Origin: Candidatus Woesearchaeota archaeon | Lineage (GTDB): Archaea; Nanobdellota; Nanobdellia; Woesearchaeales; UBA11576 | Reading direction: 5' to 3' | DNA: 53,198 bases | Assembly: GCA_016208715.1 (NCBI GenBank) | Contig: JACQXV010000027.1 | Span: forward strand, 1 to 53,198 | Part shown: one piece after another, positions 37,788-47,065 of the stretch | Layout: every line of letters starts with the position of its first letter | Numbering within the stretch: the first letter of the stretch is position 1 | Notes under the pieces: model-generated | The model's database searches: none | The model's input: only the letters and a program-made list of their open reading frames with translations | What the model was told of the DNA's origin: nothing | Translations under genes and position numbers: made by a program

Positions 37788-38603
37788 TTAGACATGATTG
37801 ATTGATATTTTTTTGATAGTGTCTCCTTTCATCAGCAGATCATGCACAGGATTTGTTGACGTTAGTAAGACACTCTTATAGTAAAAGTTGTTTCCTTTTT
37901 TCTTTGCGCCTTCAAACACGTGTACTCCTGTCTCGTTTGTATACAGCACAAGCGAACGCATGTGCTGCTCGATCTCAGTAACAAGATCTTTATTGTACTT
38001 CGCGATGGCTTTGAGCATCCTCTGTGCCTGATCTATGCTTGCAGGGCAGTTGAAGTGGCACGGGTAATGGCTGATGATGCGCCAGTCGAAGAACTGCAGT
38101 GAGATGTTTAGGAGAGGATTGAAAGTGGTGCTCTGGCGTGCCGTGATCAGTGTGTGGTCGTGGTGCAGTTCTTCTGCTTCTGTAAGATGCTCGCAAAAAA
38201 ACTGTATGCAGCACTGAGGATACCCGAGCAGTGTGCCGAAACGTCGGTGGTCAAAGCGGGTCTCTGCGATGCGTGCTTCTTGCGCTAGCGATCTGTTCTT
38301 GCTTATGTACACTAGTGTTAATTCCGACAGCTGTGATTGCTGCTGCGCATCTGGCGTATCTTGTTCTGGTGTCATCAACGGCTGTATGCTCGATGCGAGA
38401 TATGTGAGGTTTGCTGACTGAAAGAACGGTTCGACATCCATGAGTTGTTGCGGTTGCAGCTCGAAGCGACACACGGGTTTTATGTCTTCTAAGACGAACA
38501 GCACTTCAAGTGCACGAATTCTGGAACCAAAGAGCGCTGTCAGTTCTTGATCTTTATAGATTAGTGCACGCATCATCATTGGCGGGAGCGTTCTGTTATT
38601 CAT
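37788..38603 (-). CDS. hypothetical Cys/His-rich protein (GYPQCC...YPCHFNCP)
   Basis: About 271 aa from an internal Met. The longer ORF-track N-terminus is translated MITE sequence. Bracketed by repeat elements. Confidence 0.45.
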   Translation of the reverse strand: MNNRTLPPMMMRALIYKDQELTALFGSRIRALEVLFVLEDIKPVCRFELQPQQLMDVEPFFQSANLTYLASSIQPLMTPEQDTPDAQQQSQLSELTLVYISKNRSLAQEARIAETRFDHRRFGTLLGYPQCCIQFFCEHLTEAEELHHDHTLITARQSTTFNPLLNISLQFFDWRIISHYPCHFNCPASIDQAQRMLKAIAKYNKDLVTEIEQHMRSLVLYTNETGVHVFEGAKKKGNNFYYKSVLLTSTNPVHDLLMKGDTIKKISINHV

Positions 38604-38620
38604 AAATCTGACGCAACAAT

Positions 38621-38953
38621 GGGCTCTGTCTTGAATTGTGCCGCTGCCACCCTGCGAGCTGAAACAAACAGCATAATGTTCGTATTTGTTGACTGCGCTG
38701 CCACCGACCTGCGAGCTTGCGGTTCTTGCGTAGTCTCGCACGATTCTCGGCTCGTTACGTGAGATAAATCTGCGCGGCTAGCGTCGTGGCGGCGCCGTCA
38801 AGTGGTCTGCTAAACAAATACAAAATTAAAGAAATACAAAATAACCAGCAAATCCTTTGATTGCACTGCCTGTATATTACCGGTTACATCAACAGCGAGC
38901 GGTGCAGCGTGAGTGGCGCAGCGGCAGCACAAAAGCAATACCCGGGACAGAGC
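38621..38953. repeat. nested composite: family-2 MITE ends (38621-38662 and 38886-38953) flank a family-1 MITE (38683-38821)
   Basis: Left end gggctctgtcttgaattgtgccgctgcc, right end ...cccgggacagagcc, with an internal gtatttgtt...ctaaacaaatac element. Confidence 0.75.
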
Positions 38954-39029
38954 CTATTTACAGCAATGTTTATAAAGAAAGGAGTATCGTGATCTATTTA
39001 GAGTGTGAGTCCTGAAGAGGTGAGTCATT

Positions 39030-39404
39030 ATGTCATTTCTTGGTAAGTTTGGTCGTAACTGGTCCGCTGTGGCTTTTGTGGTTGTGATTTTTTTGGCGTT
39101 CTCTGGCGCACTGATGCTTGGTTTTCAAAAATCATTGAGCGGCAGTGTGGTTGGCGTTAGTGACGCTTCGCTGCCAGACCACCAGAAGTCTTCAACGTTT
39201 TTTGAAGTAGTCGGTGTTGCGCTGTTGACGTTTATCCTTTCAGGAATACTCATTACCGTCTTAAGTACGGTTTGGACTCGCGTGCGCGGATCGTCAGGGT
39301 CACACGCTGGCGGAACTAGAGTCGCGCTTGATGAACTGAGCAAGCTGAACGCGCAGATAGAAGAACTAAACAAGAGCATCCGTGATGTTGATCGCAAGCT
39401 GTGA
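39030..39404 (+). CDS. small membrane protein (2 TM) with a C-terminal coiled coil
   Basis: 124 aa; hydrophobic segments; LDELSKLNAQIEELNKSIRDVDRKL. Confidence 0.45.
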   Translation: MSFLGKFGRNWSAVAFVVVIFLAFSGALMLGFQKSLSGSVVGVSDASLPDHQKSSTFFEVVGVALLTFILSGILITVLSTVWTRVRGSSGSHAGGTRVALDELSKLNAQIEELNKSIRDVDRKL

Positions 39405-39419
39405 TTGTGCTCGCGTCAT

Positions 39420-39788
39420 ATGAGTGAGGTGATAATCGTGGAACACAAAGTCGGTCATTATGCCTTCTTTGGAGGTGTCGTGCTCGCAGTTCTTGCAGGA
39501 GTTGTTTCTGCGCTGTTTGATGCTGTAAATTCCTGGGTTGTGCTTGCATTGATTGTGCTCGGTGTTTTGGTAGGAGTTCTCAATGTCCAGGCTAAGGAAG
39601 TGACAGAGTTCTTGGTTGCAGTCATAGCACTGCTCCTCGCTGGTTCCGCAAATGTTCTAGTGTTGAATACTGTTGCCGCGCCGTTTGGCACTATCCTGCA
39701 CGTGGTCCTCACGTATATCAAGGTGTTTGTTGCACCTGCGGCAGTCGTTGTTGGGCTTAAGGCAGTCAAGCAGCTGGCGGAACGCTGA
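39420..39788 (+). CDS. small polytopic membrane protein (4 TM)
   Basis: About 122 aa from an internal Met; Val/Leu/Ala-rich helices. Confidence 0.45.
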   Translation: MSEVIIVEHKVGHYAFFGGVVLAVLAGVVSALFDAVNSWVVLALIVLGVLVGVLNVQAKEVTEFLVAVIALLLAGSANVLVLNTVAAPFGTILHVVLTYIKVFVAPAAVVVGLKAVKQLAER

Positions 39789-39806
39789 TTTTTCTTTTTA
39801 TGCACA

Positions 39807-39961
39807 AAAATGTCGCCAAAACATTTTGGTGTGGGGTTTAATGCGCTAAAATTCCACCAGTCGTTTGAGCTATGCTCGAACCTACGAACGTAAGTGAGTA
39901 TGTATGACCTGTGGTGGTCGCGAGCTTTTGACAACCCCTTCCTTTAGGGCGACATTTTTGG
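39807..39961. repeat. repeat family 3 element with TIRs aaaaatgtcgcc/ggcgacattttt; core gcgctaaaattccaccagtcgtttgagctatgctc
   Basis: The core recurs at 46261-46348 and, in reverse, at 12808-12885. Confidence 0.75.
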
Positions 39962-39972
39962 CATCCTAAATG

Positions 39973-40074
39973 TCAGAAATGCAAAGCATTTCTGAGTATG
40001 CTCAGAAACCAAAGGTTTCTGACAAATCGGTCTATATCTGCAGGCGTCCGTTCAAACTCCGCACTTTAGTGCGG
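39973..40074. promoter_or_regulatory. cluster of interlocked perfect palindromes: tcagaaatgc-aaa-gcatttctga; ctgag-tatg-ctcag; tcagaaacc-aaa-ggtttctga; ccgcac-ttta-gtgcgg
   Basis: Read directly. Lies between the family-3 element and the GTPase promoter (TATA-like tttttatacc at 40229). Confidence 0.5.
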
Positions 40075-40266
40075 AATATGACGTCTGCGACCGATTTTTA
40101 TGATAATTTTTATGATAATGAAGACCCTAAATTTTTAATAACTCTGGTCGGCATTATATTCGCCGAACATAACAAAACCCATTAATTATTTATGTTCTGC
40201 GTTATATTTTCCTTCTTTTAACGTTACTTTTTTATACCTTCGCAAACCCCGCTATTTTGTGATCCC

Positions 40267-41478
40267 ATGTTAGTTGGCATTGTCGGGAAACCATCCTGCG
40301 GAAAATCGACCTTCTTCAAGGCAGCGACGCTTGCCAACGTCGCTATCGCGAACTACCCCTTCACGACCATCAAGCCCAATCACGCGGTAGCGTTTCTCAA
40401 GATCCCTTGCGTCGACGTCGAGTTCGGCAAGCAGTGCAACCCGCGGGAAGGGTACTGCACAGAGCATTACCGTTTCGTCCCTATGGACCTTCTTGACGTC
40501 GCGGGCCTTGTTCCGGGGGCGCACGCGGGTCTTGGGATGGGCAACCAGTTTCTGGATGACCTGCGTCAGGCAGATGTCCTGGTGCACGTGGTCGATATCT
40601 CTGGCAGCGTAAATGAAAAAGGCGAGCCAGTCCCCGCGCTCTCGTACGACCCTGTCAAAGACATCGAGTTTTTGGAAGTCGAGCTTGACATGTGGTATCT
40701 CGGCATCATCAAAAAGGGTTGGGAGAAGTTCGCGCGCGCCGTGATGCAGGAGAAGGGTGATATCGCAAGGGCGCTCGGCAAGCAGCTGTCCGGCCTGAAG
40801 GTGACTGAGGAGATGGTCGGGGAGGTTGTTGAGGACTTGCACAAGCGGCAAAATCTCGCTGTCGATCGGCCGGTTGATTGGTCTGACAATGAATTGCTAA
40901 TGATCGCGGTCGCCCTGCGCAAGAGGACTAAGCCTATGATCATTGCGGCGAATAAGATTGACATTTCTGGCGCTGAGAAGAATTTCGAGCGGTTGCGGGA
41001 GAAGTTCCCTGAATACACGATCATCTCGTGCTCTGCGGAGTCCGAGCTTGCACTGCGTGAGGCCGCAAAGAAGGAATGGATATCCTACATTCCAGGCGAC
41101 GCCTCATTCACAATCAGGAATGATTCCGCGTTGTCAGGCGTGCAGAAGAACGCGCTTGCCTTCATCCAGAAGAATATCCTTGACAAGTTCAAGACCACGG
41201 GTGTCCAGGACGTCCTCAACAAGGCAGTGCTTGAGCTTCTTGGGTACATGGCAATCTATCCTGGCGGCGTGAACAAGCTGACAGACCAGCACGGCAACAC
41301 TTTGCCGGATTGCTTTTTGATGCCTGCTGCTTCGACAGCGCTTGACTTCGCGTACCGTCTCCACACTGACTTCGGCAAGAACTTCATCCGCGCCATCGAC
41401 GTGAAGACGAAGAAGACGGTTGGAAAAGATCATAAACTTCAGCATCGTGATGTTGTCGAGATCGTGGCTGGGCGTTAA
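40267..41478 (+). CDS. Obg-family GTPase (YchF/OLA1/Drg-like) with a C-terminal TGS-like domain
   Basis: 403 aa. G1 [10 protein letters not shown]3 DVAG, G4 NKID. Confidence 0.8.
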   Translation: MLVGIVGKPSCGKSTFFKAATLANVAIANYPFTTIKPNHAVAFLKIPCVDVEFGKQCNPREGYCTEHYRFVPMDLLDVAGLVPGAHAGLGMGNQFLDDLRQADVLVHVVDISGSVNEKGEPVPALSYDPVKDIEFLEVELDMWYLGIIKKGWEKFARAVMQEKGDIARALGKQLSGLKVTEEMVGEVVEDLHKRQNLAVDRPVDWSDNELLMIAVALRKRTKPMIIAANKIDISGAEKNFERLREKFPEYTIISCSAESELALREAAKKEWISYIPGDASFTIRNDSALSGVQKNALAFIQKNILDKFKTTGVQDVLNKAVLELLGYMAIYPGGVNKLTDQHGNTLPDCFLMPAASTALDFAYRLHTDFGKNFIRAIDVKTKKTVGKDHKLQHRDVVEIVAGR

Positions 41479-41482
41479 AACG

Positions 41483-42313
41483 ATGACAAGTACGATGACA
41501 AGTTCTATCAGGGAAATCTATGCAAAATCCGTGCTAACAAAGACAAGGTTGCCCGGTGCCAATTACGTGATCAATCCCTATGTAGGTTGCCATGTCGGTT
41601 GCACGTATTGTTACGCCGCATTCATGAGGCGCTTCACGAACCATCCTGAGCCTTGGGGGAAATTTGTCGACGTCAAAATCAACGCGCCGTCCGTCCTTGA
41701 GCGTGAGATTCAGAAAGCAAAGAAAGGGATTGTGTTACTCAGTTCGGTTACTGATCCTTACCAGCCATTAGAAAAAAAATATGAACTGACACGGAAAATT
41801 CTTCATTGTTTATGTAAGCATCAATGGCCTGTTTCGATTCTTACAAAACGTAATCTTGTACTGCGCGATATCGATGTTTTAAAGCAATTTGAAACGTGTG
41901 AGGTGGGTTTTTCCATCAGTTCTCTCTGTGATAAGGATAGAATCATTTTTGAGCCTGCGTCAAGCACCGTCCATGAGAAAATCGAAGCGCTTAAAGTGCT
42001 GCACAAACAACAGATAGAAACGTACGCTTTCATCGGTCCGGTTCTGCCTGGCATCACAAATGTCTCTGAGATCATATCAAAGATCAGGGATTACGTTAGC
42101 GAGGTCTGGGTTGAGGCAATGAACTTTAAGGCAGCGCACCAAACAGGGTTCTTCTATGAACGACTGCGCGCGCGGCGGCCCGACCTTGTGGCATCCTATA
42201 AAGCAATCGAGAAAGATGGCCGTGCATATTTTGATGGATTAAAGCGGGAAGTAGAAAAACTCAGAAAGGAAGAAAAGATTGAAATAACGCTTGTCATGCA
42301 TGAAAACAATTGA
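41483..42313 (+). CDS. radical SAM protein (SplB/DNA-repair-photolyase-like, COG1533)
   Basis: CHVGCTYCY cysteine triad. The start was moved to an internal Met to avoid overlap. Confidence 0.7.
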   Translation: MTSTMTSSIREIYAKSVLTKTRLPGANYVINPYVGCHVGCTYCYAAFMRRFTNHPEPWGKFVDVKINAPSVLEREIQKAKKGIVLLSSVTDPYQPLEKKYELTRKILHCLCKHQWPVSILTKRNLVLRDIDVLKQFETCEVGFSISSLCDKDRIIFEPASSTVHEKIEALKVLHKQQIETYAFIGPVLPGITNVSEIISKIRDYVSEVWVEAMNFKAAHQTGFFYERLRARRPDLVASYKAIEKDGRAYFDGLKREVEKLRKEEKIEITLVMHENN

Positions 42314-42369
42314 TGCACAAATGCGGATAGAAGAGGCTCGATTATGGTTTTAGTCGTCCTCGCGACAAT

Positions 42370-42936
42370 TCACCTGATCAGCGTCACGACGCCAAAAAGT
42401 ATGAAGAGTGTTGCACTGATCACTTTGATGGTTTTTCTAGGGATATTCTCTGCTAATTTGCTGCCGACAAAGACATTTAGGCCTATGACTACTGCAAGGC
42501 CGATAACGAATCCCAAGAGTACCGGGACCATGGTGCCGTACTTTGCGGCAAGCAGGCCGGACGCTATCTGAGTTTTGTCTCCGAACTCGCTTGCGGCAAC
42601 TGTTAAGAATGCTATGGCAAATGGCTGCTTTCCTAGAAACGATGCTTCTTTGCGTTTTTGCTTCTTGAATCTAAACTTTACAAGAATCCAGATGCCTCCA
42701 ATGATAAAAAGCGGGCCGACGATCCATTTTACTGTCTGCGGCGCTAGAGAGGTGCCAAGCAGTGCGCCCGCAATGATCGCTAGAGTGTCCATGACCGCGT
42801 GTGCAGTCAATGCGCCGAAGAAGATGCTGAACGGTCTTTTTGTGTGAATCGCCAACGCGAGGATTACTAGCTGCGTCTTATCTGCGATCTCTGATACGAA
42901 TGCAAGGAGGAGTGCTGCTGTGAATGGCTCAATCAT
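42370..42936 (-). CDS. UPF0016 (GDT1/TMEM165) family cation transporter
   Basis: 188 aa. Two E-x-G-D-K-T motifs (EIADKTQ, EFGDKTQ). Confidence 0.85.
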   Translation of the reverse strand: MIEPFTAALLLAFVSEIADKTQLVILALAIHTKRPFSIFFGALTAHAVMDTLAIIAGALLGTSLAPQTVKWIVGPLFIIGGIWILVKFRFKKQKRKEASFLGKQPFAIAFLTVAASEFGDKTQIASGLLAAKYGTMVPVLLGFVIGLAVVIGLNVFVGSKLAENIPRKTIKVISATLFILFGVVTLIR

Positions 42937-42940
42937 TGTA

Positions 42941-43279
42941 TTAGCTGTTTTCTAGCTGCTCTTTTTTAGCTATTTCTTTTGCAACCCAATTCTTGTACGC
43001 TTTGTTTGCCTGCGCAGGGATTTTCGCGATACAGGGGATATCGTATGGATGCATTTTCTCAACTTCTTTCTTGATGCTGTTGTAATGGGTTTCAAGCGTC
43101 TTCCCGATCATCACCCACTCCTTCTCATGCACAACTTTTCCCTTCCAGCGGTACACGCTCTCAATTGGAAAGATGTTTGCGCACGCAATCAGCCTCTTGC
43201 CGATCAATGTGTTTGCCACCATCCGCGCAACCCGCCGCGCAGGATTAGTTACATAAATGAAAATGATTTTGATTTCCAT
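42941..43279 (-). CDS. cutA: divalent-cation tolerance protein CutA
   Basis: 112 aa. CutA1 fold signature (VYRWKGKV...HPYDIPCI). Confidence 0.75.
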   Translation of the reverse strand: MEIKIIFIYVTNPARRVARMVANTLIGKRLIACANIFPIESVYRWKGKVVHEKEWVMIGKTLETHYNSIKKEVEKMHPYDIPCIAKIPAQANKAYKNWVAKEIAKKEQLENS

Positions 43280-43284
43280 GCTAA

Positions 43285-45540
43285 TTATCCTCCAATCCCG
43301 CTTCCCATTATATTTCCTGCAATCAAGTTAAAAAGCAGCATCACAGCTCCAGCGATAACACAATAGAGGAGCGTACTTCGATACAGGTTTACGCCGAGCA
43401 GGTATTGTTCTTGCAGGTCGTCTGATCCGTTCTGGATGCCATTGATAAGCACGGTGAGAATGTAGACAATCTGTACGACGTAGAATCCAACGATGATTTG
43501 GAAGTAGAATGTGGGAATTCCGTCACCGAATAGCTGCGTAAGTCCTGCGGCGCCTCCCGCTGCTGCTGCTTCTGATCCTTGTTCTTGTCCTAGTTTAGTT
43601 AGTTGCGCTCCAAGTTTTCCCAGGATTGTCGTCACCATGCTCGTGATTCCTATGACGATGCCCGAAATTGTGGGAGATAGAAAAGACACCTGCGATTTCA
43701 TTGATGAGATGGAGTCGGCCATGAGATCCTGCAGCCGCTCGTCGACGTTGTGCATTTCTTTGATGTAGCGTGAAAGATTGATGAGAGACTGCGCAGCTAC
43801 CATGGGTCCTTTCTTCGCGCTCTCAACCAACACTTTCATGCTTGTCTCTATGAGATCTGAAGGGTATTGAACGATGGCACCATTTTCGGGATCGAAGATC
43901 GCTTGTTCGACGCTCATGCCCATACGCGAGATGTTGGATGAGACGAGCGTGAAGAATTCTCCGGAGATGGTTCCTGACATGCCGTCTGCTACTTTTCCGA
44001 ACGCTATCTCTGCAGGAAAGCCGTCTGCCATGCGGTTGCCGAGTTGAAATAGCGCTGCGCCGAATTCAGCTTCAAGGCGTTTTGATTCATTCCTGATCTT
44101 AAGAACGTTCTTCGTGCGCGTCTTGTGGTACAATCCTACTGATATTCCTGCAGCAAGCGGGAGGCCTAGAGAAAGTAGCGATGCTCCAAGCCCAAATGGC
44201 CCGAGCATCACGTCTGAGTTTTTGATCGATGGATGATAATCTACAAGGGAAAATTTCTGCCCTTCGATCTGGTACGTGCCGGGCGGAAGGAATTGGACGC
44301 TGCCGTCCTGCATCGTGGCTATGTCCCATCCCGGGTTGATGATGTGGATGATGATGGGAACAAATGAAATGAAGAGGAAGACGAACGCCACAATGATGCT
44401 GACGTAGATTGGATTGACTGCAATCTCTTGGCCGCCGATCTTGACGAGGAAGTTGCGGTATTTTGCGAGTTCTGGATTTTTTGAGATGTCGACTGAGCCG
44501 TAGCCCGTGGGTCGTGTTGAGAGGATCTGGGTCCCGAGATAGTAGACTGCAGCAGGAAGGATGAAGTTGTAGAGCGTGGCAAGATGATACCATCGGACGC
44601 CTTCCATGAATGAGACAACGAGCGGCAGGATGACGAGTCCAAGGATTGGGAGGATAACTCCGAGCATATTGAGCATCGTGATTGGAGATTTGAGGTTGTG
44701 CGCATAATGCAGCATTTTCTCATAGGTCTCTTGCAGGATGACATCAAGGGCTTTGTCGAGCATCCCAACGCGCGCTTCTTCTGCGGATTCAAGCAGGCTT
44801 CCTTCGATGAGGTGCATGGATTCGATGAATTCCATGTTGTATTTCTTCCACGTCTCAAGGTACGCGTCGAGGGATTCGCGAATGCTTCCGTATTTTTCTG
44901 TCTCGATGTTCCAGATAACGCGTTTGAAATCCAGTGAGAGCGGCGGTGAAAGGTGTTCGGCAGCAAAGTCGACAGCGAGTTCGAGGTTCGACGTGTGACG
45001 CATGTAGGTCACGATGTAGAAGATGGAAAGCACCATCTGGTTTGATGCTTTCATGCGCCAGTTCTGCGCGAGATGGTGGGGATAGTTCTTGAGCGGGCCG
45101 ATAAGCGCTGCGCCAAGTCCCATGAAGAAGAGCGGAAAGAAGAGGCCTTTGGTAATCACGAAGGAGAGAAGAGCGCCGACGAGAGCGACTGCGATTGGTG
45201 CTGTTAGCGCAAGGCTGTACACGCCGGTAGGCGTTGTATTGAAGTGGCAGATTTCGATGGATTCTTGCAGTGCTGCTGCGGCTTTTGCCGGCGGTACGAT
45301 TTTGATGATTTTCTCTGTCTGGTTGCACGCCTGCTCATAATACCCCATGTGCTTTGGCAGGTATTCTTTCTTGAAGTCGAGATACTCGCGTGTGCGGATG
45401 ACTCCGATGCTTTGCACTTCTGCGTTTTCAGGTGTGAGCGTGACCGCTAGCTTGGACTGATACTTAGAGAGAAGGCGTTTCATCTCCTCTTTTTCAATTT
45501 CTGGCATTATTGGTTCCTCTTTTTTATGCTCTCTTGCCAA
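43285..45540 (-). CDS. large polytopic membrane protein with two T2SSF-like (FlaJ/TadC/PilC platform) cytoplasmic helical domains alternating with TM clusters
   Basis: 751 aa. Repeated cyto-domain/3-TM architecture. The second cytoplasmic domain (EFGAALFQLGNRMADGFPAEIAF...GMSVEQAI) fits the T2SSF pattern. No ATPase or pilin gene adjacent. Confidence 0.45.
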   Translation of the reverse strand: MAREHKKEEPIMPEIEKEEMKRLLSKYQSKLAVTLTPENAEVQSIGVIRTREYLDFKKEYLPKHMGYYEQACNQTEKIIKIVPPAKAAAALQESIEICHFNTTPTGVYSLALTAPIAVALVGALLSFVITKGLFFPLFFMGLGAALIGPLKNYPHHLAQNWRMKASNQMVLSIFYIVTYMRHTSNLELAVDFAAEHLSPPLSLDFKRVIWNIETEKYGSIRESLDAYLETWKKYNMEFIESMHLIEGSLLESAEEARVGMLDKALDVILQETYEKMLHYAHNLKSPITMLNMLGVILPILGLVILPLVVSFMEGVRWYHLATLYNFILPAAVYYLGTQILSTRPTGYGSVDISKNPELAKYRNFLVKIGGQEIAVNPIYVSIIVAFVFLFISFVPIIIHIINPGWDIATMQDGSVQFLPPGTYQIEGQKFSLVDYHPSIKNSDVMLGPFGLGASLLSLGLPLAAGISVGLYHKTRTKNVLKIRNESKRLEAEFGAALFQLGNRMADGFPAEIAFGKVADGMSGTISGEFFTLVSSNISRMGMSVEQAIFDPENGAIVQYPSDLIETSMKVLVESAKKGPMVAAQSLINLSRYIKEMHNVDERLQDLMADSISSMKSQVSFLSPTISGIVIGITSMVTTILGKLGAQLTKLGQEQGSEAAAAGGAAGLTQLFGDGIPTFYFQIIVGFYVVQIVYILTVLINGIQNGSDDLQEQYLLGVNLYRSTLLYCVIAGAVMLLFNLIAGNIMGSGIGG

Positions 45541-45568
45541 ACAACATTTCTATTTGAATTCTTATCAT

Positions 45569-46084
45569 TCATTGCGCGTTGCGCAATATTATTTCCCAGT
45601 ACTTTTCTGCTCCGTGCAGGATAACCGCATCCGTATAGTATTGTTTGTTCTTGATTAAATCGGTCGCCTTGATTACGCTTCGGTTTTGGAATACTCCAAA
45701 GTCGACTCCACTGATGTGTTCAGGGGTGACGAGGACGACTTTGTTTGATTTAATGAGTGCGCAATGGATGTGGTCGCTTACAACCCAAAGCCGTTCCATG
45801 ATCTTTTCTGCACGCGCGTCCTTTTGCTGCCACTCTGCAGTCTTCTGGTATGAGATTAGTGCAAGTGACGCAAGTGTGCGCGGCTCTGTGGGGTTGAGTT
45901 TGACGATCGACACGTTGCCAACTTTCTGGATTGTGGCAATGCGGTCTTTGGCAAGCGCCTGGACAAAGCCGTGGGTATGAGAATACGCGGAATTGAGCGT
46001 TTTTGCAAGATCCTTGATGCTGTACAGTTTGCTTGGATCGTCTGCAAGCTTTCCCAGAATGCGTTCTTTCAGCGTGACTGCCAT
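45569..46084 (-). CDS. winged-helix DNA-binding protein with a C-terminal domain of unknown function
   Basis: 171 aa; LYSIKDLAKTLNSAYSHTHGFVQALAKDRIATIQKVGNVSIVKLN wHTH. Confidence 0.45.
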   Translation of the reverse strand: MAVTLKERILGKLADDPSKLYSIKDLAKTLNSAYSHTHGFVQALAKDRIATIQKVGNVSIVKLNPTEPRTLASLALISYQKTAEWQQKDARAEKIMERLWVVSDHIHCALIKSNKVVLVTPEHISGVDFGVFQNRSVIKATDLIKNKQYYTDAVILHGAEKYWEIILRNAQ

Positions 46085-46260
46085 TCTTCTTTTTCAGATT
46101 GTTCTACTATTTATATACTTTTATCTTATCTTTAAATAATAATATCTTTGAAATAATACTTTTAAATCTGTATTTTAGTATAGAACGTGCGAAAACTGGC
46201 AGCATAAATAGTATAAATGGCAGTCCATAAAGCTTCAAACCTATCCAAACGTGCACGCGC

Positions 46261-46348
46261 CCCTGAATGCGCTAAAATTCCACCAGTCGTTTGAGCTATG
46301 CTCAAACCTACGAACGCCAGTGAGTATGTATGACCGGGTAGTGGTCGC
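46261..46348. repeat. repeat family 3 core copy
   Basis: 88/about 92 identity with 39838-39930. Confidence 0.75.
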
Positions 46349-46442
46349 GAGCTTTTGACGAAACAGTTGTTTTACTTGTTTTTTGAGAACGGGAACGCTA
46401 ATTTCCGAACAAATGTCCGGAGAACATATTGTTCAAAGAACA

Positions 46443-46515
46443 TGGGGCTGCGAGGATTTGAACCCCGATTACAGCGTCCCGAACGCTGTGTGATACCAAG
46501 TTACACTACAGCCCC
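46443..46515 (-). tRNA. tRNA-Pro (anticodon CGG)
   Basis: The reverse complement folds: acceptor ggggctg/cagcccc, anticodon loop ttcggga, T-arm cgggg-ttcaaat-cctcg. Confidence 0.85.
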
Positions 46516-46626
46516 GCAGGCTGATACGGCATCGCACCAGCGAGTATTTATTATTTGTTGCTTGCTGCTGTCCCTGTTTGGCGCGGATGACAAAATTATT
46601 TATACTGTGTTCTTCTCTGCTTAAAT

Positions 46627-46956
46627 ATGCAAAAAATCAAGGGCAGGCCCACAAGGAGTGCTGTTCGCCAAAACATTGTCAATATTCTTGCAGTGCTTGG
46701 TGAGGGGTATGCCTACAATATCGCAAAGACATACATGGACTTGTTTCCAAAGGTTTCTACGCGCTTGATATATTATCATTTAAAGAAAGGAACAGATCTC
46801 AAAGAGTTTGTCGCCAAAGGCACCAAGACAGAAGAGGGAAACTACTCGTGGGGTTCGAATGCAGACAAGAATTATTTTGGTCTTGGTCCTGCTGCTATGC
46901 CGTTAAAGAATCCGGCGATCCAAGAATATTTTGAAAAGCGTCAACGCGCAAAGTAG
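46627..46956 (+). CDS. hypothetical small protein (possible winged helix)
   Basis: 109-aa ORF; no motif recognised. Confidence 0.35.
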   Translation: MQKIKGRPTRSAVRQNIVNILAVLGEGYAYNIAKTYMDLFPKVSTRLIYYHLKKGTDLKEFVAKGTKTEEGNYSWGSNADKNYFGLGPAAMPLKNPAIQEYFEKRQRAK

Positions 46957-47065
46957 TGACGTTAGTGGGTTTGGCCCGCACTTCCACGTAAATTCTGAGT
47001 AAATAATTCTTGCTTGGTTTTTGCATCAACGAAAATTTATATACTCACTTTCGTCAATTAGGCGC

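Noticed and set aside
43285-45540. Interpretation of the 751-aa membrane protein as the oligosaccharyltransferase AglB/STT3
   Set aside because: There is no large C-terminal periplasmic domain and no WWDYG motif. The architecture alternates cytoplasmic helical domains with TM clusters instead.
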